Part shown: positions 1 to 12,100 of the stretch, piece by piece
Numbering within the stretch: the first letter of the stretch is position 1
Layout of the letters: each line of letters opens with the position of its first letter
From: Saccostrea echinata
Lineage: Eukaryota
Direction of reading: 5' to 3'
Length of the DNA: 64,000 bases
Assembly: GCF_033153115.1 (NCBI RefSeq)
Contig: NW_026889783.1
Coordinates: forward strand, 806,001 to 870,000
The notes under the pieces: generated by a model
Database searches by the model: none
Told to the model about the DNA's origin: nothing
Seen by the model: only the letters and a program-made list of their open reading frames with translations
Made by a program: the position numbers and the translations under genes

Positions 1-59
1 ATGTAACATTTATGGAACATGTCATCTTTGTCAAAAGCTTTAAAAAAAGTAAACAATAC

Positions 60-164
60 CCTTTTCATTTCTGATTTCTTTAAAGCAGTGCCAATCATGA
101 TAGATTTTCTACAAGCTCTAGATGCAAACATTTGGCGAACCCGGGATGGTCGACACATAACATT
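60..164 (-). CDS. PMS2: PMS2 exon 24
   Basis: [35 protein letters not shown] (ACR motif). Confidence 0.96.
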
Positions 165-3100
165 CTGAAAAACGACAAAAACTGCTGATCAATACACTAC
201 ATTAAACTTGGCACTCCTTACATAATTTTCTTGGAGATCATCATTATCTATTTAAATACAGATTCTATGTACATATTAATAAAAAGAAACAATGAAAAAA
301 ATCAATAGCAGAGAAGCACACTATTAGCATTTAATTTTGCATTATTGATTTTTCTTTAAATACTGTCTAACACAAGATTAAATGTTTTGCAATTTGCAGA
401 TAACATGCTGCTTTGGCAGTTTTTAATCAAATGAGAAGATAATACAATTTCTGAGACAAAATCAAAACCCTACTTCAATAAAGACGTTTATTTTTGGCCC
501 CTGACTAGACTTACAGGAGAGTCGGAGAGCATAAAGATGAGTTCTTCAATGTCTGTAAAGAAAAAATAATTTTGTAAAATACTGTCAACAATTTTTCATA
601 AAACATTTTTACACTTCTCTTATACATATAGTTACATTTAAACTGTACACACACACAGGTGCTACAGTTGTACATATAGAGTATTATTGTGCAAAATGAG
701 ACTGTGATATCTCTCATCACCATCACTTCTGTCTTTTATCTTTGCCTTCAAACTAGGCTCAATCAGTGCAGTATTTCACCCCAATCTTTCTGCTCTGGAA
801 CAATCCCTCAAGTTAAACACAAAAGCAAATTCAAAAAAGCAATCCCTCATGTTAAACACAACAGCAAATTCAAAACATAGGTAATCAAAGATTACGAAGC
901 TCACCTCGACGAATGTTATCTATAAGTAAGGCAAATTTCGCATAAATTTTTTTTTCTAGTTAGGGTACATCCCAAGGTCAATATCCATGCAAGTTTGGTT
1001 TAAGTAGGACTTATAGTTACTTGGAAATAGACCTGCTCAAAAAACTTTTAAGCTGTTTAGTAATCAAGAAAATTGTGGTGAATTCCAACATCCAAAGCAA
1101 GTCTGGAATTTTTCATCCTTAGATGCACCATCTATGCAAGTTAAATCATAAAAGGCCATAATATTATAGAGCTTCTCTAAAAATTACCCTGGTCACTCAT
1201 CTGGAAAATGTAGGTCAGATTCACAATCCAAAGCAAGTCTGGAATTGTCCATCCCTAGATACATCATCCATGCTAATTTGGTTAAAATATAGCAAAAGTT
1301 CGCTCATGTGGAAAATCTAGGTCAGATCCAGCATCCAAAGCAGGTTGGTTAGTGTCCGTCCCTAGATGCATCATCTATGAAAGTTTAGTCCAGGTAGGGC
1401 TCATAGTTACTTGGGAACAGGACTGCTCAAAAATCTAAACCTGGTCTTACATGTGGAAAATCTAGCTCAGATCCAGCATCCGAAGCAAGTGTGGTAATGT
1501 CCATCCCTGGATGCATCATCCATGCAAGTTTGGTCAAGGTAGGGCTTACAGTTACTTGGGAATGGACCTGCTCTACAAAACTTTAACCTAGTCACTCATC
1601 TAGAAAATCTAGGTCAAATCCAGCATCCGAAGCAAGTGTGGTAGTGTCCATCCCTAGATTCATCATGCATGCAAGTTTGGTCCAGGTAGGCCTAATCATT
1701 ATTTGGGAATGGACCTGCTCCAAAAACTTTAACCTGGTCACTCATCTGGAAAATCTAGGTCAAATCCAGCATCCGAAGCAAGTGTGGTAGTGTCCATCCC
1801 TAGATGCATCATACATGCAAGTTTGGTCAAGGTAGGGCTTATAATTACTTGGGAATGGACCTGATCTACAAAACTTTAACCTGGTCACTCATCTGGAAAA
1901 TCTAGGTCAAATCCAGCATCCGAAGCAAGTGTGGTAGTGTCCATCCCTAGATGCATCATGCATGCAAGTTTGGTCCAGGTAGGACTTATAGTTACTTAGG
2001 AATGGACCTGCTCCAAAAACTTTAACCTGGTCATTCATCTAGAAAATCTAGGTCAGATCCAGCATCCAAAGCAAGAGTGGTAGTGTCCATCCCTAGATGC
2101 ATCATCCATGCAAGTTTGGTCCAGGTAGGGCTTATAGTATGCAAGTTTGGTGAAGGTAGGGCTTACAGTTACTTGGGAATGGACCTGCTCCAAAAACTTT
2201 AACCTGGTCATTCATCTGGAAAATCTAGGTCAGATCCAGCATCCGAAGCAAGTGGTAGTGTCCATCCCTAGATGCATTATCCATGCAAGTTTGGTCCAGG
2301 TAGGGCTTATAGTTTCTTGGGAATGGGACCTGCTCCTAAAACTTTAACTGGGACGCCGACGCTAATACCGACGCCGACGGTATAGCATAAGCTCATCTCG
2401 ACTTCGTCGAGGTGAGCTAAAAAGCAATCCCTCAAGTTAAACACAACAGCAAATTCAATGTCTACGAGGATTGAACATTGTGAGAATGGTCATCATTCCC
2501 ACAAAGGAATCCATCATTATTCACGATTTTCCACAAAAATGTTATGACATAGCACTTTCAGGATTTATATGGTGGTCACACTCCAATAAACTCTTGAAAT
2601 AACTACTGCAACATACACTTGGTGGCAATGGCCAAAATTCAAAATGAACTTTTGAAAAAATTGTTTCAAACTGGCTTGTTTCAAGTTGTACACATGTACA
2701 TGCCCAATCCAAATTAATGAGTAAATGATAAAACTTCATTGCTAAAAGGATTTTTATTAAAAGATAAAAGTTCGAAATTCTTGCCATGAATCCATTCCTT
2801 CTGATGAGTTATAGTGGGAAATACAATGAAAAAAGAAAAAATGGCAATTTATTGCACTTTTTAAGGTCTAAAAGTTGAATCTTGCAATATGCATATTTGA
2901 AGAGAGAATCGTGTGCCATGGTCTGTGATGTCACATGTGCGACTCCTTGGAAGGAGCGGTAAGAAAACTGCGCGATTTGGGGTGTTTTCATAAGTTATTT
3001 TTCACACTTCTACTTGCTCAAATGTCATAATTTTTTGCAATGATAATTATATGTAATCATATTTACCCCCTGTTGTGTTGGGGAAAAACATGTTTATTTC

Positions 3101-6100
3101 AAAGTCACTATAGTTGCTTTCCTTCGCTACCTGAATGTTTGCAGCTATTTTTAAGACATGATGTTGTTTATAAAGCAGGAATTCATTTTACTTTATATGG
3201 ATTTATTTATGTAATACATAAGTTTTTAGCCAGAAAATCCAACTGTTACCTTGTATTTTTTATCTTTCGGTGACGGTTCGTTGGTATGTTTAGATATCAA
3301 AGCTTGCAAATCATCAATCATATGACCTTTGATTATCAAACTAATCAACTCAGAAGTCGTTGACCACTTGCCAAAATTAGATACAATTAACCGACTATAA
3401 CTCTTAAGTTATGCAAAATCGGTGCAAATGGTGAATGTTTCCATTCAAGTCAAACATAAGCATTCATAAATCAAAATTTTTGAAATTATGATAAAAGATA
3501 TTTTCTTTCAATTCCAAATTTATTTGCTACTATCAGAATTGATATTGTAGTGCTCTTGTCTCAGATTACGCAAAAATTCTTGTGAAGCACTTTTTCTTAA
3601 AATGACATTTCAAGAAAGCATTTTTTATTTTTCATGAAATTATCCACACATACCGGAAATTTGGACTTTGAAAATTGAACCTTAAATTCTTTACAAGTAA
3701 AAGTATTTACATGTGTACCAACCCTGATCTAAATGACAATGTGTTGTAAATGATTTACACAAGATTTACTCACCCTCCTTGCCAAATGTCCAGTTCCTGC
3801 TGACGGGGATTGATGTAAGTTTTACTCTCTGCATAGGAGGAGCTGAAATGTCAATGAACAAATTTAATCACTACAGGTTTGGTTTGTTTAATGAACACTT
3901 TGACCAGAATAATGTAAATTCTGTTTTGTGTTATTGTGAGGATGACCTCTTTGTCCATAATATTTGGAGGAAAAATAATCCCTCTACAACATAATGAGGA
4001 TTTTCTCCATTCCTAGTATCTTCCTTTTTTCATCATTACATTGTTGGTTTAATATTGAATATTTTATCACTGGGTATGAGTCTGAGAAATGCCTCTTCAA
4101 ACACACAAAGAATGAAACATTTCAGAAATTTAACTGTTCATGATAGCTGATAGATTTTGAAAGTAAACCAAAATAACACCTGATATTGAATATAATATAA
4201 ACATTGACTATGATGTAGGCAATACTGTAATTTCAAGATTTCCGTGTAGATCTAAGTCTACTAAAGAGCAATTAATGATTTAAAAAAAGATCCAATGTCA
4301 AAACAGAGCACAGTAATTTAGCAAGAATGACAAATACCACATTCATCAATGATAAAGTCAAATCCATTTTTCTTGAAGACCTCCAGGCTGTCCATCAGAA
4401 TAGTTTCATTGCTTGCTGTCAACTCCAGGTTCTGGGGTCTGCAACGGAAATATGATCATTTGTTAACTATTATAGAACCCATATCAGTTGTATATACAAC
4501 TGTGTTCTGAATAATCAGTGTATAGACTATTGAAAACTGTTTGTACAATCTACATCAGGTGTATTAAGTACTTACGTGTATATATACATTTATCAGGTGT
4601 ATTGTGTACTTACTGTATATACATTTATCAGGTGTATTGTGTACTTACTGTATAAGCTCCTGACTCTGAACAGTGTATTGCATACTTACTGTATAACCAT
4701 CTGACTCATTATAACAGTGTGTCTCTGATATACTGCGTACTTACTGTATAAGCTTCTGACTCTGGTGTATTGTGTACTTACTTTATAAGCTTCTGCGTAC
4801 TTACTGTATAAGCTTCTGACTCTGGTGTATTGTGTACTTACTTTATAAGCTTCTGACTGTTTCACAGTATGTCTCTGGTGTATTGCGTACTTACTGTATA
4901 AGCTTCTGACTCTGTATAACAGTGTGCCTCTGATGTATTGCGTACTTACTGTATAAGCTTCTGATTTCTTTTAACAGTGTGTCTCTGATATACTGCGTAC
5001 TTACTGTATAAGCTTCTGACTGTATAACAGTGTGTCTCTGGTGTATCGTGTACTTACTGTATAAGCTTCTGACTCTGTATAACAGTGTGTCTCTGGTGTA
5101 TTGTGTACTTACTGTATAAGCTTCTGACTCTGTATAACAGTGTGTCTATGGTGTATTGTGTACTTAGTGTATAAGCTTCTGACTCTGTATAACAGTGTGT
5201 CTCTGGTGTATTGTGTACTTACTGTATAAGCTTCTGACTCTGTATAACAGTGTGCCTCTGGTGTATTGCGTACTTACTGTATAAGCTTCTGACTGTATAA
5301 CAGTGTGTATCTGGTGTATTGTGTACTTACTGTATAAGCTTCTGACTCTGTATAACAGTGTGTCTCTGGTGTATTGTGTACTTACTGTATAAGCTTCTGA
5401 TTGTATAACATTGTGCCTCTGATGTATTGTGTAATTAGTGTATAAGCTTCTGACTGTATAACAGTGTGTATCTGGTGTATTGTGTACTTACTGTATAAAC
5501 TTCTGACTCTGTATAACAGTGTGTCTCTGGTGTATTGTGTACTTACTGTATAAGCTTCTGACTGTATAACAGTGTGTATCTGGTGTATTGTGTACTTACT
5601 GTATAAGCTTCTGACTGTATAACAGTGTGCCTCTGATGTATTGTGTACTTACTGTATAAACCTCTGACTCTGTATAACAGTGTGCCTCTGGTGTATTGTG
5701 TACTTACTGTATAAACCTCTGACTCTGTATAACAGTGTGTCTATGGTGTATTGTGTACTTACTATATAAGCTTCTGACTGTATAACAGTGTGTCTCTGAT
5801 GTATTGTGTACTTACTGTATAAACTTCTGACTCTGTATAACAGTGTGTATCTGGTGTATTGTGTACTTACTGTATAAACCTCTGACTCTGTATAACAGTG
5901 TGTCTATGGTGTATTGTGTACTTACTATATAAGCTTCTGACTGTATAACAGTGTGTCTCTGATGTATTGTGTACTTACTGTATAAACCTCTGACTCTGTA
6001 TAACAGTGTGCCTCTGATGTATTGTGTACTTACTGTATAAACCTCTGACTCTGTATAACAGTGTGTCTATGGTGTATTGTGTACTTACTGTATAAGCTTC

Positions 6101-9100
6101 TGACTCTGTATAACAGTGTGTCTCTGGTGTATTGTGTACTTACTATATAAGCTTCTGACTCTGTATAACAGTGTGTCTCTGGTGTATTGTGTACTTACTG
6201 TATAAGCTTCTGATTGTATAACATTGTGCCTCTGATGTATTGTGTAATTAGTGTATAAGCTTCTGACTGTATAACAGTGTGTATCTGGTGTATTGTGTAC
6301 TTACTGTATAAACTTCTGACTCTGTATAACAGTGTGTCTATGGTGTATTGTGTACTTAGTGTATAAACCTCTGACTCTGTATAACAGTGTGTATCTGGTG
6401 TATTGTGTACTTAGTGTATAAGCTTCTGACTGTATAACAGTGTGCCTCTGATGTATTGTGTACTTACTGTATAAACCTCTGACTCTGTATAACAGTGTGT
6501 ATCTGATGTATTGTGTACTTACTGTATAAACCTCTGACTCTGTATAACAGTGTGTCTCTGGTGTATTGTGTACTTACTGTATAAGCTTCTGACTCTGTAT
6601 AACAGTGTGTATCTGGTGTATTGTGTACTTACTGTATAAGCTTCTGACTCTGTATAACAGTGTGTCTCTGATGTATTGTGTACTTACTGTATAAGCTTCT
6701 GACTCTGTATAACAGTGTGCCTCTGATGTATTGTGTACTTACTGTATAAGCTTCTGACTGTATAACAGTGTGTCTCTGGTGTATTGTGTACTTAGTGTAT
6801 AAGCTTCTGACTCTGTATAACAGTGTGCCTCTGATGTATTGTGTACTTACTGTATAAGCTTCTGACTGTATAACAGTGTGTCTCTGGTGTATTGTGTACT
6901 TAGTGTATAAGCTTCTGACTCTGTATAACAGTGTGTCTATGGTGTATTGTGTACTTACTGTATAAGCTTCTGACTCTGTATAACAGTGTGTCTCTGGTGT
7001 ATTGTGTACTTACTGTATAAGCTTCTTACTCTGTATAACAATGTGCCTCTGGTGTATTGTGTACTTACTGTATAAGCTTCTGACTCTGTATAACAGTGTG
7101 TCTCTGGTGTATTGTGTACTTACTATATAAGCTTCTGACTCTGTATAACAGTGTGCCTCTGGTGTATTGTGTACTTACTGTATAAGCTTCTGACTCTGTA
7201 TAACAGTGTGTCTCTGGTATATTGTGTACTTACTGTATAAGCTTCTGACTGTATAACAGTGTGTATCTGGTGTATTGTGTACTTACTGTATAAGCTTCTG
7301 ACTGTATAACAGTCTGCCTCTGATGTATTGTGTACTTACTGTATAAACCTCTGACTCTGTATAACAGTGTGTCTCTGGTATATTGTGTACTTACTGTATA
7401 AGCTTCTGACTGTATAACAGTGTGTATCTGGTGTATTGTGTACTTACTGTATAAGCTTCTGACTGTATAACAGTGTGCCTCTGATGTTTTGTGTACTTAC
7501 TGTATAAACCTCTGACTCTGTATAACAGTGTGCCTCTGGTGTATTGTGTACTTACTGTATAAACCTCTGACTCTGTATAACAGTGTGTCTATGGTGTATT
7601 GTGTACTTACTATATAAGCTTCTGACTGTATAACAGTGTGTCTCTGATGTATTGTGTACTTACTGTATAAACCTCTGACTCTGTATAACAGTGTGCCTCT
7701 GATGTATTGTGTACTTACTGTATAAACCTCTGACTCTGTATAACAGTGTGTCTATGGTGTATTGTGTACTTACTGTATAAGCTTCTGACTGTATAACAGT
7801 GTGCCTCTGGTGTATTGTGTACTTACTGTATAAGCTTCTGACTCTGTATAACAGTGTGTCTATGGTGTATTGTGTACTTACTGTATAAGCTTCTGACTCT
7901 GTATAACAGTGTGTATCTGGTGTATTGTGTACTTACTGTATAAGCTTCTGACTCTGTATAACAGTGTGTATCTGGTGTATTGTGTACTTACTGTATAAGC
8001 TTCTGACTCTGTATAACAGTGTGTCTCTGGTGTATTGTGTACTTACTGTTTAAGCTTCTGACTGTATAACAGTGTGTATCTGGTGTATTGTGTACTTAGT
8101 GTATAAGCTTCTGACTCTGTATAACAGTGTGTCTCTGATGTATTGTGTACTTACTGTATAAGCTTCTGACTCTGTATAACAGTGTGTATCTGATGTATTT
8201 TGTACTTACTATATAAACTTCTGACTCTGTATAACAGTGTGTCTCTGGTGTATTGTGTACTTACTGTATAAGCTTCTGACTGTATAACAGTGTGCCTCTG
8301 ATGTATTGTGTACTTACTGTATAAACCTCTGACTCTGTATAACAGTGTGTCTCTGGTATATTGTGTACTTACTGTATAAGCTTCTGACTGTATAACAGTG
8401 TGTATCTGGTGTATTGTGTACTTACTGTATAAGCTTCTGACTGTATAACAGTGTGCCTCTGATGTTTTGTGTACTTACTGTATAAACCTCTGACTCTGTA
8501 TAACAGTGTGCCTCTGGTATATTGTGTACTTACTGTATAAACCTCTGACTCTGTATAACAGTGTGTCTATGGTGTATTGTGTACTTACTATATAAGCTTC
8601 TGACTGTATAACAGTGTGTCTCTGATGTATTGTGTACTTACTGTATAAACCTCTGACTCTGTATAACAGTGTGCCTCTGATGTATTGTGTACTTACTGTA
8701 TAAACCTCTGACTCTGTATAACAGTGTGTCTATGGTGTATTGTGTACTTACTGTATAAGCTTCTGACTGTATAACAGTGTGCCTCTGGTGTATTGTGTAC
8801 TTACTGTATAAGCTTCTGACTCTGTATAACAGTGTGTCTATGGTGTATTGTGTACTTACTGTATAAGCTTCTGACTCTGTATAACAGTGTGTATCTGGTG
8901 TATTGTGTACTTACTGTATAAGCTTCTGACTCTGTATAACAGTGTGTATCTGGTGTATTGTGTACTTACTGTATAAGCTTCTGACTCTGTATAACAGTGT
9001 GTCTCTGGTGTATTGTGTACTTACTGTTTAAGCTTCTGACTGTATAACAGTGTGTATCTGGTGTATTGTGTACTTAGTGTATAAGCTTCTGACTCTGTAT

Positions 9101-12100
9101 AACAGTGTGTCTCTGATGTATTGTGTACTTACTGTATAAGCTTCTGACTCTGTATAACAGTGTGTCTCTGATGTATTTTGTACTTACTATATAAACTTCT
9201 GACTCTGTATAACAGTGTGTCTCTGGTGTATTGTGTACTTACTGTATAAGCTTCTGACTCTGTATAACAGTGTGCCTCTGATGTATTGTGTACTTACTGT
9301 ATAAGCTTCTGACTCTGTATAACAGTGTGCCTCTGGAACATTTCGAAATTGTACTTCTCATCTGTTGCATGCTGATCAACAATAAACAGGTCATTATTCA
9401 GCTTCACTATGATGAATCCAAGGTTGAACTGAAAAGTAAGTTACCGGTACAAATTTTAATGGTTGTTCTATCTCTGAAGCAAAAATAAATATCATTAAAA
9501 AAAAAAAAACATGGATTAAAGTTTTCATTATATTTTGAAATACATAAATATCTGTCGTCCCACCTGTCCAAGTATTTCCATTTCTCTGAACATGCTCTTT
9601 CTGAAATAAATAATTTTATATCAGACTTATGTGAACAATCACAGATACTAAGTATGATAAGCGTTTCTTATCATATTTTGAAAATCGGAACCGTCTATAA
9701 AGGAAATGGATTTTCAGGAGGTATTGGGATGCTTATTTGTGTAATAAAAGGCATCTGTCAAGACAATAGACATATAATAAATAATTATACCGATAGGTAT
9801 TTATATCCAAAATGCATAATTATCAGCTATAGATTAAATTACATATGATATGTTTTATGCTGATATTCATTATAAATCTGATTAATAACGATTGAAAATG
9901 AATTATTTACGAGATTTCCCGCTGCAGTTCCTCCTCTGCTGACTGGTTCTCGTTAGGGGAGATAACCGCACGGAATCTCCTACAGCTTTCATTGTCAGTG
10001 GTCTTTTCTTCTGAAAATCAAAGAAAAATAAATCAACATGTTTATACAGCTGTATTTTAGCACTAGGTACATGTATATCTACTTATATCATAAAATAGCA
10101 TACTTACTTGAAGTTCTTTTTAATTTCTCTTTCAGCTTTAAGAAACTGAATGGTACAGATGTTTCTCTTCTGGAAAGAGATTCTTTCATATCCTACAATT
10201 CAACTTTTCTTCATCAGTGTATTATTTCCAGGTTTGCATACAATAAGCAATGTCACCTGAGTGATTCGAGTCACCTAATAAAACTTTGAAACATTCCTGA
10301 GATGGATCATTAATGCATTCGTTTATTGTGAAAATAAAAACATTTGAGGAAGAATCTTGTTTATTAATGCATACCAGACTTGTGACTGTCAGATTGATGC
10401 TGTCTGTGGTAGATGAGATTTTTGGCTGGTTTGTGGACACACTGGAGGATTTACACACGGTATATACCTTTATATCTGTATCATCACTGTCTCTGTTTGA
10501 AAACTTGATTATATCACCAGAAGTACTCTCTGAAGGCAACTGGACATCCTCAAAACAATTTGAGGTAACACAGAGACTTTTGTCAGAACCCTCTCTCACA
10601 TTATAAGAATAAAGGTTTGAACACAAGGAGTTATCATCTGAACACTCAGTGGTATTTTGATTAGTTTTATTTGAACACATATTAATTTTGGAATTGTCTA
10701 TGGAAGACTCAATGTAATTTTCAACATTAATGGCAGGGTTACTGCTGTTTGAACACATAAGATCCTCTTCTCCATATGCCCTTTGGGAGTCAGTTGAACA
10801 CGATAGATTACAGTTTGAGATTCCATCCTCTGATGTAGAATTTGATGAAGCTTCTGCACTGCATTGGTTGGTGACAGAATTCACATTTTCTGATTCATGA
10901 AACATGACTTTCAGATCTGACCTATAACAGTCTCCTCCAGGGCCCATAACTCCACTCTCTGTCTTAATAAGATCCATACCATGCTCCCTTGTGAGGAAAT
11001 TTGGGGACTTATAACCATCCTCTTCCAATACGATAACAGCCTCTTCTGATTTATTCCACTGTGAATCAAGTTCTTTGACTCCATTCTTTATTTCTTTCAT
11101 AGGAGATGATTTGAAAACAAAGTGATCAAGCCTTCTCTCTACAACAAGATGAAATACTTACTTGCATACATGATAACTTTTTTTATGTACATTATGTACA
11201 ACACTTTTAAGGCGAGTTTAATTTTCTGTAATAAGGATATGCTAAAGAGTACTGGGATTTCAATTAGAGAATAAAAAGTATTACACTCTGAAGAATAAGA
11301 AAGAAAACAAACGTTTTGAGGCCGGACTTCTCTCTTTAGTTGAGGGGGATGTAGCTCCCAGTGCCTCAGTCTTGGCAAATACACTTGAAAACTTTCTCTT
11401 CAGGTTACTCAGTGCTGAAACCTGATATACATACTGCAGTATAATACATGTACATGTATTGTGATGTATATGAATAATATATATAATACATGTATTGTAA
11501 TATATTTACATTTTCCAATGTCTTTCTCTGAGATAAAACTGCAAATAAGGTAATGGCTTTATAACCCCATAAAGCGATTTGCTCAGCACGTGGTAGAACG
11601 ACATGCTGTTTTGCTGCGTGTTGCTTAGTGATACACCTGACGGGGATGCTGAGTTTTCTTATTATTGAATTTTTCTTTTTATTGAATCAAGAATCAGGTA
11701 AAAATGTAAATATAAGGAATAACTCTCTGGTTTTTTTTTTGTTTTATGATGATGATCAATCAATTTGCTCGCGTGATATAATTTTACGCATAAACGCCTT
11801 CGGCATTTATGCAAATTATCACACAAGCGAATTGATTGATCACATCATAAAACCAAAAAACTAGACAGTTATTCCTTAAGTGTATGTAATACATGTACAT
11901 GTACTAGTAAAATACATGTATTGTGATATACAAGTAATACTAGGGTAACCTTTGTACAAATGGTACAAAAATTGGTGTTTTCCTCTTACGGTACATCCAG
12001 AAACTTTACAGTACTGTATTACATATTATTTTAGCGACAAGCAAATTCAGCGATTTTCCTTATAGTGTGCATTTATTATTAGCGAAATCAATTTTTGGGA

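Noticed and set aside
4555-9334. CRISPR-like array
   Set aside because: Units are contiguous with no unique spacers, there are no cas genes, and the unit derives from a PMS2 exon junction.
10222-11100. Stand-alone 292-aa gene
   Set aside because: It is in frame with the upstream PMS2 exon through the 11139 acceptor and occupies the position of the PMS2 linker.
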